A stretch of DNA of 64,000 nucleotides from a virus. Of the stretch, positions 45,552 to 56,703 are shown one piece after another. Position numbers and translations under genes: made by a program. Position 1 is the stretch's first letter; the number at the start of each line of letters is the position of its first letter. The notes under the pieces are model-generated. The model had not been told where the DNA came from. It did no database searches and saw only the letters and a list, made by a program, of their open reading frames with translations. The DNA lies in the IMG/VR virus record IMGVR_UViG_3300032030_000014, positions 3,919 through 67,918 of that record; one strand, given 5' to 3'.

Positions 45552-46797
45552 ATATTTCGATACGAGTAGTTTGTTGCTATTGGCAGATACCCTTTTTGAA
45601 GAAAATCATAATTTTAATATTTATATTACATCAATAACATTAAGTGAATTAGAATATATTAAAACATCTGCTAATAAAGACCAAAGTGTAAAATATGCAG
45701 CTCGTCAATTACTTCATAAACTTGACGAAAATTTAGACAAATGGAATTGTCTACCTTATAATACAGATTGTCAACAAATATTAGATAGATTCAAATATGA
45801 AACTACTAATGATACAAAAATTTTAGCTCTTGCATATCAACATATGAATCAATATTAGGCTCAAATTCCTATTTTTGTTACTAATGATATTGCATTAAAA
45901 ATGTTGGCAAAACCACTATTTGGTAAAAATATTGAAAGTATTCCAATAGAAGTAGAAGATTATACAGGATATGAAGAATTATACCTTACCGAAGAGGAAA
46001 TGGCTAATTTCTATTCTTACCCTAATATTTATGGTCAATGTCTAAAAATCAATCAATACATAAATTTGTATAGTAAAGAAACAAAAGAAAGAGTAGATAC
46101 ATTACTCTGGACCGGAGAAGAATTTAGACAACTCAAATATAAAGGTTTTTATTCTAAACAATTTGGAGAAATTAAACCTTATAAAGGTGATATATATCAA
46201 GCTATGGCGGCAGATAGTCTTATGAATAATAAGATTACAATGATCAAAGGACCTGCGGGCGCCGGTAAATCACTTCTCTCTGTTGGATACTTATTTTACT
46301 TATTAGAAAAGGGAAAAATAGACAAAATAATTATATTTTGTAATACAATAGCAACAAAAAATTCAGCACGTTTAGGATTTTATCCTGGAACACGCGATGA
46401 AAAACTTTTAGATTCACAAATTGGTAACTTTTTATCCAGCAAATTAGGTAGTCAATTGGCAGTAGAACAATTGATTCAAAGCGAAAAACTATTATTGCTA
46501 CCAATGAGCGATATTAGAGGTTATGATACTTCTGGAATGAATGCTGGTATTTATATTACAGAAGCCCAAAATCTTGATATACAATTACTCAAATTAGCAC
46601 TCCAAAGAGCCGGCGAAGATTCAATCTTTATCCTTGATGGAGATATAGATAGTCAAGTTGATTTAATTGACTATGAAGGAGTAAATAATGGTATGCGTCG
46701 AGCCTCTAAAGTATTTAGAGGTAGCGATATATATGGAGAAGTTACATTAAAAACAATTCATAGAAGTAAAATTGCAGAATTGGCACAGATGCTATGA
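45535..46797 (+). CDS. PhoH2-type protein: N-terminal PIN-like domain fused to PhoH-like P-loop ATPase (GPAGAGKS); one in-frame TAG at the domain junction
   Basis: ORFs 45535..45858 and 45901..46797 share a frame and are separated only by TAG (HMNQY-TAG-AQIPIFVTNDIAL); PIN+PhoH is a known domain architecture. Confidence 0.6.
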
Positions 46798-46835
46798 GAA
46801 ATCATAGCATCTGCTTTTTATAAGGAGGAATTGGA

Positions 46836-47624
46836 ATGAATAGTAAATTAGTTGATTATACAGAATTATCTCCAAACAACTCCGGACTTAGACTTCAACC
46901 CATTGATAGAATTTCTCCTCATTGTGTTGTAGGACAATGCACAGCAGAGGCATTAGGTGCTTGGTTTGCAAAAACATCTACTAAAGCCTCTTCTAATTAT
47001 GGTATTGATAAAGACGGAAGAATTGGACTATACGTAGAAGAATAGAATAGAAGTTGGTGTACTTCAAGTGCATCTAATGATAATAGAGCAATTACTATTG
47101 AATGTGCAAGTGATTCATATCATCCGTATAGAATGAATGATACTGTATTAAATTCTTTAATAAAACTATGTATAGATATTTGTGAAAGATATGATAAAGA
47201 TACTTTATTATGGTTTAATGATAAAAATAAATCTTTAAATTATATACCAAAGAAAAATGAAATGGTTATTACAGTTCATAGATGGTTTGCCAATAAATCT
47301 TGTCCTGGAGATTGGCTTTATGAACGTTTGGGTTATGTTGCTGAATAGGTAACTAAGGCTCTGCAAAAACATATAATTTCACAGCCAGAAGAGAAAAAGG
47401 AGGAAGAAACTGTGACACAAGAACAATTTAATGAAATGATGAATGTTTGGCTTGAAACTCAAGCCGCAAGAGAACCTTCTAATTGGTCTCAGGAAGCTCG
47501 TCGTTGGGCAGAAAATAACGGCTTCATTAAGGGCGATGATAAGGGTCAAAAAATGTATAAAAAACCTCTTACCAGGGAAGAGTTTGTTTAGGTTCTGTAT
47601 AGAATTGAAAATCAAAAAGCGTAA
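46836..47624 (+). CDS. endolysin: N-acetylmuramoyl-L-alanine amidase (amidase_2/PGRP-like) with C-terminal SLH-like cell-wall-binding domain; 3 in-frame TAG codons
   Basis: ISPHCVVGQ ... WFANKSCPGDWLY amidase motifs; ORFs 46836 and 47133 share a frame across TAG; C-terminal PSNWSQEARRWAENNGFIKGDDKG..KPLTREEF-TAG-VLYR. Confidence 0.6.
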
Positions 47625-47688
47625 AGAGAAACAAAAGAAGGAATTTAGCAAAGTGCTGCTAATACAAGAGTCCGCCCTCATATGGATT

Positions 47689-47982
47689 ATGACGATTAGC
47701 TTTATTGGATTAGCAGCACTTTGTGTAATAAATAATTTCACTGGTCAATTGCCGTGGCTTACTGCGATGGTAAGTCTTCCTTGGACGGCATATGGTGTTA
47801 GCCAGTGTTTTTATTATAATAAATCTAAAGCAGAAAATACAAAAGATGGTATAAAATATGAAACAGTAATGACAGATTTAATGGAATCTTATAAGCATAA
47901 TATAGAGGGAATTAGCGAAGAACTTACTAACAATCAAGATGAAAATGAAGTAAATTCTGTCGATTTAGATTACGGTATCTAA
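47689..47982 (+). CDS. holin-like small membrane protein (2 TM helices)
   Basis: MTISFIGLAALCVINNF..LPWLTAMVSLPWTAYGVSQCF; directly downstream of the endolysin. Confidence 0.5.
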   Translation: MTISFIGLAALCVINNFTGQLPWLTAMVSLPWTAYGVSQCFYYNKSKAENTKDGIKYETVMTDLMESYKHNIEGISEELTNNQDENEVNSVDLDYGI

Positions 47983-47989
47983 TTATAGT

Positions 47990-48026
47990 GGCTTGTAGAT
48001 GAATAATCTGCAAGCCATTTTTTTGT
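47990..48026 (+). terminator. rho-independent terminator (ggcttgtagatgaataatctgcaagcc + T-run)
   Basis: Hairpin plus 7 T. Confidence 0.7.
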
Positions 48027-48051
48027 TTTTCATAGAAAAATATGTTATAAT
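48023..48051 (+). promoter_or_regulatory. promoter variant (TTGTTT, 17 nt, TATAAT)
   Basis: ttgtttttcatagaaaaatatgttataat. Confidence 0.5.
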
Positions 48052-48072
48052 AAAAATAAAAGGAATAAAATT

Positions 48073-48776
48073 ATGAAGTGGGTAAATACTATTTCACCAG
48101 ATGCAGTTTTCGTCGCACAGTGTCTTGCGGGTGCGGCTAAAGTAGAACGCGAAGAAAAAGGCAAAATCATTTGTCCTCCGCAAGATTAGATTTTTAGAGC
48201 ATTAGAATTAACTCCGCCCGATAAAGTCAAGGTAGTTATTATCGGACAAGATCCATATCATACTCCAGGACAGGCTAACGGATTGGCATTCTCTATTGCA
48301 AATGGAAATCCTATCCAGCCAAGTTTGCGGAATATTTTCAAAGAATTAGTTAGTGATATTGGCTGCGCGATGCCAACAACCACTGATTTGACACCGTGGG
48401 CTGAACAAGGTGTTCTTCTGTTAAACGCCTCCCTTACTGTTGAAGCACACAAAGCCAACAGCCACGCAGGATGGGGCTGGAACAAATTTACGTCAGAGAT
48501 ATTCGCTGCCTGCGCCCAAATGGAGCAGCCAGTAGTATTCCTTGCTTGGGGTAATTTTGCGCACGAAATCGTTTATAAATCATTTCCAAAAGCAACAACA
48601 AATTGGAAAGATATGGTCACTCAACGTCATAAGGCTTGCTTGTTTTCGAGCCATCCCAGTCCTTTGAGTGCCACAAGAGGAAATAGTCCTTTTATTGGCA
48701 GCCATTGCTTTTCAATGACTAACAAATGGCTAAAACAAATGGGTGCAGATGAAATTAATTGGGAGTTGCCCTGATT
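48073..48776 (+). CDS. ung: uracil-DNA glycosylase (family 1 UNG) with one in-frame TAG
   Basis: KVVIIGQDPYHTPGQANGLAFS and HPSPLSA motifs. The TAG aligns to Gln in the human UNG motif PPPHQVF (ours PPQD-TAG-IF) and to Asp in E. coli, by recall. Confidence 0.7.
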
Positions 48777-48803
48777 GACTTTTTTAAATTTCTATGTTAT
48801 AAT
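48775..48803 (+). promoter_or_regulatory. sigma70 promoter (TTGACT, 17 nt, TATAAT)
   Basis: ttgacttttttaaatttctatgttataat. Confidence 0.6.
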
Positions 48804-48882
48804 ATAATTATAAATAAGATTTTCTAGTTTCAATTATATTATAACAAAACTTTTATAGAATGTCAATCCAGATGGAGGTATT

Positions 48883-49076
48883 ATGAAGATAGAGAGCGCT
48901 TATTATACAAAACGTAAAGATATTATTATTATATAGTTTCCACTTGATAGATATGCAGTAGATGATATGAGTGATATGATAAAAGAAATTAAAAAAGTTT
49001 TTCCAAATAATGATATTGTGTGTATTCCAGAAGATATCACCATATCTTTGATAAGAGAGGAAAATCCATTCTTATG
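48883..49076 (+). CDS. small hypothetical protein with one in-frame TAG (64 aa)
   Basis: RBS ggaggtattatg; ends TGA overlapping the RNase H start (ATGA). Confidence 0.35.
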
Positions 49077-49514
49077 ATTATATATACAGATGGAAGTGCA
49101 AAAATAAATCCAGGTCCAGGAGGATTTGGAGTAGTAGTATTAGATGATGATGAAAATTTAATACTTACTCATAATGAAAAAAGTAATTATACTACAAACA
49201 ACAGAGAAGAATTAAAAGCAATTTTATGGGCGTTTTTAAAGTATGGGGAACCTGCGGCCGCAGGTAATCCACCCATTGTTCGTAGTGATAGTGCTTATTG
49301 TGTAAATACCTTTACCTTCTGGATGTTCTCTTGGGAACAAAAAGGCTGGAAAAAATCAGATAACACCAAGCCAGAAAATTTAGATTTAATCATACCGTTC
49401 TTTAATTATTGGCAACAAGGATATAGAATTGATTTACAAAAGGTGAGAGGGCATGCAGGAAACAAATGGAATGAATTAGCAGATAATATAGCCGCAGGAA
49501 AGGCTATATTATAA
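49074..49514 (+). CDS. rnhA: ribonuclease HI
   Basis: YTDGS ... TNNREEL ... RSDSAYC ... GHAGNKWNELAD; canonical RNase H motifs. Confidence 0.75.
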   Translation: MIIYTDGSAKINPGPGGFGVVVLDDDENLILTHNEKSNYTTNNREELKAILWAFLKYGEPAAAGNPPIVRSDSAYCVNTFTFWMFSWEQKGWKKSDNTKPENLDLIIPFFNYWQQGYRIDLQKVRGHAGNKWNELADNIAAGKAIL

Positions 49515-49759
49515 ATATAGAGATGGCGCATGGTATACTAAATATACTAAAGAAGAAATCAAGGCAATGATAGACCCTGATGACGAAAAAACTTTTCTAT
49601 GGTTATTAGAAGAATTGGACTATCCATATATAAAAAAAATATGGGACAAATAGAAACAATATTGGTAGGATTAGAGCTTTTTTGGACGATATTTAGCTTT
49701 TATGAGACTATATGATTTTAGACAATGGACGTGGGCTGATTCTTAGGAACTAAACGAAC

Positions 49760-49788
49760 TTGATTTTTTTAAATAAATATTGTATAAT
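49760..49788 (+). promoter_or_regulatory. conserved phage promoter (family)
   Basis: ttgatttttttaaataaatattgtataat. Confidence 0.7.
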
Positions 49789-49822
49789 ATAAATAGAAAA
49801 TAATAAGGAAAGGATAAATTGT

Positions 49823-51751
49823 ATGGCTGTTGATAAAACACTATATAATGAAGAGAGTATTGAGAGTTTAAGCCCTCTTGAATTTACTCGTTTGCGTCCA
49901 GGTGTTTATGCCGGCGACACGACTTATTCTACTCAATTACTTGTTGAAATCTTCTCCAATGCCGTTGATGAATATCGACTTGGACACGGCAATAAGATTG
50001 AAGTTAAAATTAATGGTGCAAAAGTCAAAGTAAGAGACTATGGACAAGGTTTTATTCCCAATAGCTTCAGGGATGACGGTAAGACGATCCTTGAAGCTGC
50101 TTTTAGTGTCCTCAATACTTCTGGTAAATATCGTGAAGATGGTACATATGAAGGTACATCTTTAGGTTCTTTTGGTATTGGTTCAAAAATCACAACATTT
50201 CTTTCTCATTGGCTTGTTGTATCTACATATAGAGATATGCAAAGAGAAGAAATTCACTTTAAAGAAGGGGTTTTTGAGTGTAGATATAATGGTGCACCAA
50301 AATCCTTAGAAGCTATTGAAGATGTCCGCAAGGGCGGTACAGAAGTAGAATGGGAAGCTAGTGAAGAATTCTTTACTCATCCAGAAGTAAATGTGAATGA
50401 AGTTAAAGCCCTTTTTAAAACTGTCTCTTGTCTTTGTCCAGGTCTTACAATTGAGCTTGATAGTAATGGAGAAAAAACCACTTATTTCTCTAAAAACGGA
50501 CTTGAAGACTTGGTTGATGAAGCAGTAAAAGGTAAAGAATTAATTGACCATCGTTTTGATTTAAAATTTGCAAATGGTAAGAATAAAATTGATATGGTTA
50601 TGACTTATACATCAAATTATTCTATGACCATGGTGCCATATGTAAATACAGGTCTTACATCCGTTGGACCTCATATCACACAAATTAAAGCTCTTCTTAC
50701 AAGAGAATTTAATAAGTTCTTCAAGGATAAGAAGTGGATCAAAGATGGCGAAGATAATCTCTCTGGTGAGGATATCCAAGAGGGATTATATATTGTATTC
50801 AATATTACCGCACCGAATGTAGCATATGATGCACAGGTTAAAACTCGTATCACTAAGATTGAGATGAGTCCTTATACTGCGGCAATTGCCGAAGAGTTGC
50901 GTATTTGGTTTGCGGCAAATGAGAAAGAAATCAAAGCGATTGCGGATAAGGCTAAGATGGCGAAAAAGGCTCGTGAGGCTGCCGCGAAAGCTAGAGATTC
51001 AGTTCGTGAAAAGCAGGCTAAAAAGGAGAAAGCCCTTAAGTTTGACTCTAAGTTGGCTGACTGTTATGGAAAAGATCGTAAGAAATGTGAACTTTATATT
51101 ACAGAGGGTGATTCTGCTTCTGGTAACTTGAAACAAGCAAGAGATAATGAGTTCCAAGCAGTTCTTCCTGTTCGTGGTAAGATTTTGAATACTCATAAAG
51201 CTGGAGTAGATAAAATTCAAAAGAATTCAGAAATTATGTCAATGATTGATGCTTTTGGACTGGAAATTGACCCACGAACAATGAAAGTCACCTATGATAA
51301 GAATAAAATTAGATATGGTAAGATTATTATTATGAGTGATGCTGACGTTGACGGTGCTCATATTAAGAATCTTTTCTATACATTTGTGTGGAATTTCTGT
51401 CCACAGTTAATTGAAGATGGTTTTGTATATGCTGGTGTTCCACCGCTTTATAAAATCACTACAAGTAAGGGATATAAATATCTTAAAAACGACGATGATT
51501 TGAAAGCATATCAGAAAGCAAATACTGGTAAAGCATATAAAGTCAATCGTATGAAGGGTCTTGGTGAGATGGATGTTGAAGAGACAGAAGAAACTCTTAC
51601 CGACCCAGAACAGAGAATTATCAAGCAGGTTACAATCAGTGATGCAGATGCTGCTAAAAAGCTGTTTGATGATTTGATGGGAACTGCGGTAACTCCTCGA
51701 AAGGTTTATATTAAAGAACATAGCGAGGAGGCAACTTATAATGCGGAATAA
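49823..51751 (+). CDS. type IIA DNA topoisomerase ATPase/Toprim subunit (GyrB/ParE or T4 gp39-like)
   Basis: GHKL ATPase region; Toprim YITEGDSASGN ... DGAHI; 642 aa. Confidence 0.75.
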   Translation: MAVDKTLYNEESIESLSPLEFTRLRPGVYAGDTTYSTQLLVEIFSNAVDEYRLGHGNKIEVKINGAKVKVRDYGQGFIPNSFRDDGKTILEAAFSVLNTSGKYREDGTYEGTSLGSFGIGSKITTFLSHWLVVSTYRDMQREEIHFKEGVFECRYNGAPKSLEAIEDVRKGGTEVEWEASEEFFTHPEVNVNEVKALFKTVSCLCPGLTIELDSNGEKTTYFSKNGLEDLVDEAVKGKELIDHRFDLKFANGKNKIDMVMTYTSNYSMTMVPYVNTGLTSVGPHITQIKALLTREFNKFFKDKKWIKDGEDNLSGEDIQEGLYIVFNITAPNVAYDAQVKTRITKIEMSPYTAAIAEELRIWFAANEKEIKAIADKAKMAKKAREAAAKARDSVREKQAKKEKALKFDSKLADCYGKDRKKCELYITEGDSASGNLKQARDNEFQAVLPVRGKILNTHKAGVDKIQKNSEIMSMIDAFGLEIDPRTMKVTYDKNKIRYGKIIIMSDADVDGAHIKNLFYTFVWNFCPQLIEDGFVYAGVPPLYKITTSKGYKYLKNDDDLKAYQKANTGKAYKVNRMKGLGEMDVEETEETLTDPEQRIIKQVTISDADAAKKLFDDLMGTAVTPRKVYIKEHSEEATYNAE

Positions 51752-51980
51752 TGTTATTAAACTACCTGATAATGAGAATATGAATCATCATCATTTCTGT
51801 CCAAAGTGTCATTATTGGCTTTTTGGAGAAAATAGAGGAGATCAATATTGTCCGCATTGCGGAATTAAATTATTTTGGAACTCTAAAAACTTAGAAGAGT
51901 TTCATTCTCAAATGTATGACTATAGTATTAGTAGATATAAACAATTAGTAGAACATAAGGAGGCTTGTTATGCTAAATAA
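51741..51980 (+). CDS. small zinc-ribbon protein (CPKC ... CPHCG)
   Basis: ORF track. Confidence 0.5.
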   Translation: MRNNVIKLPDNENMNHHHFCPKCHYWLFGENRGDQYCPHCGIKLFWNSKNLEEFHSQMYDYSISRYKQLVEHKEACYAK

Positions 51981-52188
51981 CAGACTCACTGCTAGAAATC
52001 AATGGGGAGATATCCTTTATATTGGTCAATATAAACAAGGTCAATATAGAAATTGGGGAGATTATCCCGAAAAAATGACCGATGAAGCTAAGGATGAAGT
52101 TTTAGCAAAACTTTATTTTATTGAAGAAGCAATAGAAGATTTTGAAGAAGGGATGGAAACACTTTATGGCAAACGAGATTCTAACTGA
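51970..52188 (+). CDS. small hypothetical protein (72 aa)
   Basis: ORF track. Confidence 0.45.
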   Translation: MLNNRLTARNQWGDILYIGQYKQGQYRNWGDYPEKMTDEAKDEVLAKLYFIEEAIEDFEEGMETLYGKRDSN

Positions 52189-54514
52189 CCTTATTAATGA
52201 ACTTGGTACTAATTTCATAGAGTATGCGGTTGCTGTAAATACAGACCGTTCTATTCCAGACGCAAAAACTGGACTAAAGCCAGTAGCAAAGCGTATTCTA
52301 TATTGCTCTTATGACGAAGGCTTTAGTTCAAAGAAACCACACGTCAAATGTGCCAATATTGTTGGTAATACAATGGCTTATTGGCATCCTCACGGAGATT
52401 CAAGTATATATGGTGCATTGGTTCGTCTATCTCAAAATTGGACATTACGCTATCCTCTTATTGATTTCCACGGTTCTAATGGTAGTCGTGATGGTGATGA
52501 GCCTGCGGCCTATCGTTATACAGAAGCACGACTCGCAACTATCGCAGAAGATGGTATGTTGGTTGGAATGAAGAAAGGCGTTGTTGATACAGTGCCTAAT
52601 TATTCCGAAACAAAAGATGAACCTGTCACTCTTCCATCTTACTTCCCAAATCTTCTTTGTAACCCAAATACTGGTATTGGTGTCGCAATGGCTTGTAACT
52701 GGGCTCCACATAATTTGAATGAAGTTGCACAAGCAATTTTTGATTATATGGACGGGAAAGAGCCAATGATTCCTGGCCCCGACTTTCCAACAGGTGGTTT
52801 AGTTACCAATAAAGACGATATTCCTTCAATTATGAGAACTGGTCGTGGAAGCGTCAAACTTCGTGGCAAGTATAACATTGAAGGTAACAATATTATCTTC
52901 TATGAAATCCCATATGGTGTTGTTACAGAGGCTCTTATGGAACAAATTGGTAAGGCTTGTGATGATGGTGATGTAGAAGGGATTAAACATATTCGCAATG
53001 AAAGTAACCGAAAAAAGGGTTTTAGATTGGTTCTTGAATGCGAAAAAGATGCTAATTTGAATAAAACGATTATGCAGCTGTTTAAAAATACAGATTTGCA
53101 GACTTCGTTTTCATATAATATGGTTGGTCTTGTAAGTAAAACTCCAAAAGAGTTGAATTTAAAGGAATGCTGTCAAATTTATGTTGAGCATAATAGTGAG
53201 TGCATTCGTAGAGAAACTGAATATGATTTGAAGAAAACCGAAGCAAAACTTGAAGTTGATGAAGGTTTGCTTAAGGCTCTTGAAGATATTGACAATATTA
53301 TTGCTCTTATTAAGGCTTCAAAATCTGCGGCAGATGCTCGTGTACAGCTTTGTGCTAAGTATAAATTCACTGAGCCCCAGGCGCAAGCAATTACTGATAT
53401 GAAGCTTGGCAAGTTGGCTAATCTTGAAAAAGTTGAGCTAAACGAAGAAATTGAAGGTCTTAAAGAGGAAATTAAACATTTTAATGCTGTTCTTGCTAAC
53501 CCTCTTGAAGAACTTAAAGTTCGTTTGAGAGCAATTGTTAACAAGTATGGCGATGCTCGTAGAACGGAGTTGACTCAAATAGCCGAGCCGAAGGACAGCG
53601 AAGAGAAAAAAATTGCCGCAATACCCCCAGAGAAATGCGTCGTAGTACTTACTGTGGGTGGATCTATCAAACGAATTGCCGCTACCGCATTTAAGGCCCA
53701 GAAACGTGCCGGCAAGGGGGTTAAGACTCAGGACGATATTACCTCAGTGGTTCTCAGAACAAACACAGTAGACAACTTAATGATTTTTACTGATAAGGGT
53801 AATATGTATCGTCTAATTGTAGATGATATTCCAGAAGGAACAAACACTTCAAAAGGTATGCCTGTTAAGGCACTTGTTTCTATGGAGCCTGGTGAAAATC
53901 CAACGGTAATCTACTCCATTTATCGTGATACCGATGCTAAGTTTGTAATTTTCGTTACAAAACAAGGTTATGTAAAACGCACATCTCTGGATGAATATGT
54001 CGGCGTAAAAAAGAAAACTGGTATTAAAGCATTAAATCTTCATGACGGAGATAGTATTGCTGCAGTATTTCTTGCAAATGAAGAACAAATTTTAATTCTT
54101 TCAAAAGATGGATACGCTATCAGATGCAAGGGAACAGAATTCCCTGCTACTGGACGAGTATCTATGGGATATAAAGGTATCAATTTGAAAGATGGCGATG
54201 AAGTTATTACTGCACTCCCAATTCGTAATCCAGAAGATGATGTAGCAATTTTCTCCTCTACTGGTCTTGGTAGAAGAGTTGCTCTTAAAAGTTTTTCTCC
54301 ACAGACAAGAAATGGACGTGGAACAATTTATGCAAAAGATGCAGATGCAGTTGCGGCTTGTCTTGTAACAGATGGAGATTTGATTTTGGTTTGCGGCGAT
54401 AAGACTTCTTTGTGTATTAAAGCAGAAGAAATTGCTGAAACTGAATCAAAAACTACTCAGGGTAATATTATTATAAAAGGAAATAATAAAATTACTGGAG
54501 TAAGTAAAGTATAA
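52166..54514 (+). CDS. type IIA DNA topoisomerase DNA-cleavage subunit (GyrA/ParC or T4 gp52-like) with catalytic Tyr (AAYRYTEARL) and beta-pinwheel C-terminal domain
   Basis: Start chosen at MANEILTD (ORF track begins 52142); YAVAVNTDRSIPDAKTGLKPV motif. Confidence 0.75.
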   Translation: MANEILTDLINELGTNFIEYAVAVNTDRSIPDAKTGLKPVAKRILYCSYDEGFSSKKPHVKCANIVGNTMAYWHPHGDSSIYGALVRLSQNWTLRYPLIDFHGSNGSRDGDEPAAYRYTEARLATIAEDGMLVGMKKGVVDTVPNYSETKDEPVTLPSYFPNLLCNPNTGIGVAMACNWAPHNLNEVAQAIFDYMDGKEPMIPGPDFPTGGLVTNKDDIPSIMRTGRGSVKLRGKYNIEGNNIIFYEIPYGVVTEALMEQIGKACDDGDVEGIKHIRNESNRKKGFRLVLECEKDANLNKTIMQLFKNTDLQTSFSYNMVGLVSKTPKELNLKECCQIYVEHNSECIRRETEYDLKKTEAKLEVDEGLLKALEDIDNIIALIKASKSAADARVQLCAKYKFTEPQAQAITDMKLGKLANLEKVELNEEIEGLKEEIKHFNAVLANPLEELKVRLRAIVNKYGDARRTELTQIAEPKDSEEKKIAAIPPEKCVVVLTVGGSIKRIAATAFKAQKRAGKGVKTQDDITSVVLRTNTVDNLMIFTDKGNMYRLIVDDIPEGTNTSKGMPVKALVSMEPGENPTVIYSIYRDTDAKFVIFVTKQGYVKRTSLDEYVGVKKKTGIKALNLHDGDSIAAVFLANEEQILILSKDGYAIRCKGTEFPATGRVSMGYKGINLKDGDEVITALPIRNPEDDVAIFSSTGLGRRVALKSFSPQTRNGRGTIYAKDADAVAACLVTDGDLILVCGDKTSLCIKAEEIAETESKTTQGNIIIKGNNKITGVSKV

Positions 54515-54539
54515 AAGAAAGGAGATTTAATGAATTATT

Positions 54540-56657
54540 ATGAATGATCTTCTTAATCAATTTAACACGCTTATTGCTTAGAATTTTGAATTGTATAATG
54601 AATAGGCTAAGAACAAAGGAACAATAGATAATTCAAAAGCATTAGAAGAAGTTAAGTTTTAGACTTTTATGTTATCAACAAAGTATCAAGGCGAAATTTT
54701 TAATTTAGTAAATAGATTAAATTATTATAAAGCAAAATATAATGAAGGATCTCCAGTAATTTCTGATGAAGAATATGATTCTTTATATTTTGATTTATTA
54801 ACTTTGGAAAAAATGAGTGGAATCGTAATGGAAGATACACCAACCAAAGTAGTAGATTTGGATAGTATTTCAGATAATAATTTAATAACATATGACTATA
54901 GACATGATTTTATTCCAAGAGAAACTTATAATTTTTAGGAAGTTGTTGATTTTGTTAATAATTCACAAACCACTGTTGCTGTAATAGAACCAGAAGGCAT
55001 AACTTGTTATTTAGAATATGATTAGGGATATTTAATGGCTGCGGTTGCTTATGAACCAGATGTTATTGATAAAAACATATTTAAAAAAGTTTTATCAATA
55101 ACATCTTCTGTTCCAAGACGTATTAATTATTAGAAAAAATTAATAATAAAAGGTAAACTAACATGTTTACCAAGAATGATTTATTATAAATTATTAGATA
55201 AATCAAAGACTATTTATGACATTGTTTTAAATGCTTTAAATGATATAAATTCATCATTATATACTTTTGAAAATATTGGTATTTCTTTTTTAGTCACTGA
55301 TATAATATCTGGATTAGAAGATACTCCTTATTTTTATTAGAATATGTGCTTCATAAATGAATTAGGATTTGCTATTTCTCAAATGATGAATTTGGCAATT
55401 ATTGATTTGCCTTATATTAATTATTTAAAAGGTAGAGGACATTAGAGAGAATTATCTTTCTCAAAAATTCTTTTTAAAAAAAATAAAAGTACAGAAAATA
55501 ACTATAAAAATGTATTATATTATCATTGTTATGATTTAATTTATACTCAAAAATTAAAAGATATTATTTGGGAATTTGATAATGGTGAAAATAAATTAAT
55601 TCCAGTTTTATTTCATACTCCATTAATTGTAGATAATTAGATTATTTGCCATACTAAATTATCGTTTAATACAATAAAAGATATGATAAAAGATATTTTT
55701 AATAATAAATTATATTATAATTAGACAATCTATATTTATAAGACAAAATTTTTATCATCATATTTAAAAGATATAGATGATAATTCAACATCATCAAGTA
55801 AAATTTATTTTGATACATCTGTTATTCCAACTGTATGCCCATATTGTGGAACAACAATAAATTATACCTATGATCATTGGTCACCAATGCATGAAATTAA
55901 TTTTATTGAATGTCCAAATGAACATTGTCAAGGTAAATTATTTAATAGAATTAAACATTTCTTTGGAGAAGATGGATTAAATATCACTGATTTTTCTGAG
56001 GATTTATTAAGATGGTTAGTTTATGAAAAAAAGTGGATTAATAATTTAACAGATATTTATACTTTAGAAAAATATAAAAAAGAATGGTCATGTATCCCTA
56101 ATTTTAATAAACATATTGTTTCTAATTTATTAAATAATATTGAAAATAGTAAAAAATGCTCATTTGCAGAGTTTTTATCGGCTTTATCTATCCCATTTAT
56201 TACTAAAGAAGATGCAATAAAAATTGCTAACCATTTTAAAACATATGAAAACTTTTTAGATTCAATTTATTTTGAAGGAAATAATCTGTTAGACAATGCA
56301 TTGGCTTTAAATGATAATCAAATTCAATCATTATTAGAGTTTGATTATTGTGAAGCAAATATATTGTGGAAAATTATGAAATATGGTGAAAAAATAGACT
56401 ATACTGCGAACTATTTTGATATGCCATTAAGAAATTAGACTTATGTAGTAGTTGGTCCAGTAAAATATTTTGATAGCGTAGAATGGCTTTGTGGTTATAT
56501 TCATGGTATAGGCGGAGCAGTAATTTCACAAGTTACAGAAAATGTAGATTATGTAATTAATAATAATCCAGAATCAAATTGTCCAGAAAATATTGCCGCA
56601 AGAGAGCTTAATATACCTATCATCACAGAAGAAGAGTTTTTGAGTAATATTTATTGA
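54540..56657 (+). CDS. LigA-like pseudo-enzyme: diverged, very AT-rich paralog of NAD-dependent DNA ligase lacking the catalytic Lys (KxDG replaced by EPEG) but keeping Zn-finger, HhH and BRCT regions; ~16 in-frame TAG codons (705 codons)
   Basis: RBS aaaggagatttaatgaattattatg. A 705-codon frame with no TAA or TGA in ~20%-GC DNA. Aligns along its length to the downstream LigA (e.g. ILGDLPYKGEK... vs ...; CPYCGTT/CPICGSR; BRCT TYVVVGPVKYF/MKFVITGSVKHF). Confidence 0.5.
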
Positions 56658-56682
56658 CAATTCAAAAAAAATATTTTATAAT
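56654..56682 (+). promoter_or_regulatory. consensus sigma70 promoter (TTGACA, 17 nt, TATAAT) for ligA; -35 overlaps the TGA stop of the upstream paralog
   Basis: ttgacaattcaaaaaaaatattttataat. Confidence 0.7.
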
Positions 56683-56703
56683 TAAAATGTAAGGTAAAAG
56701 AAT

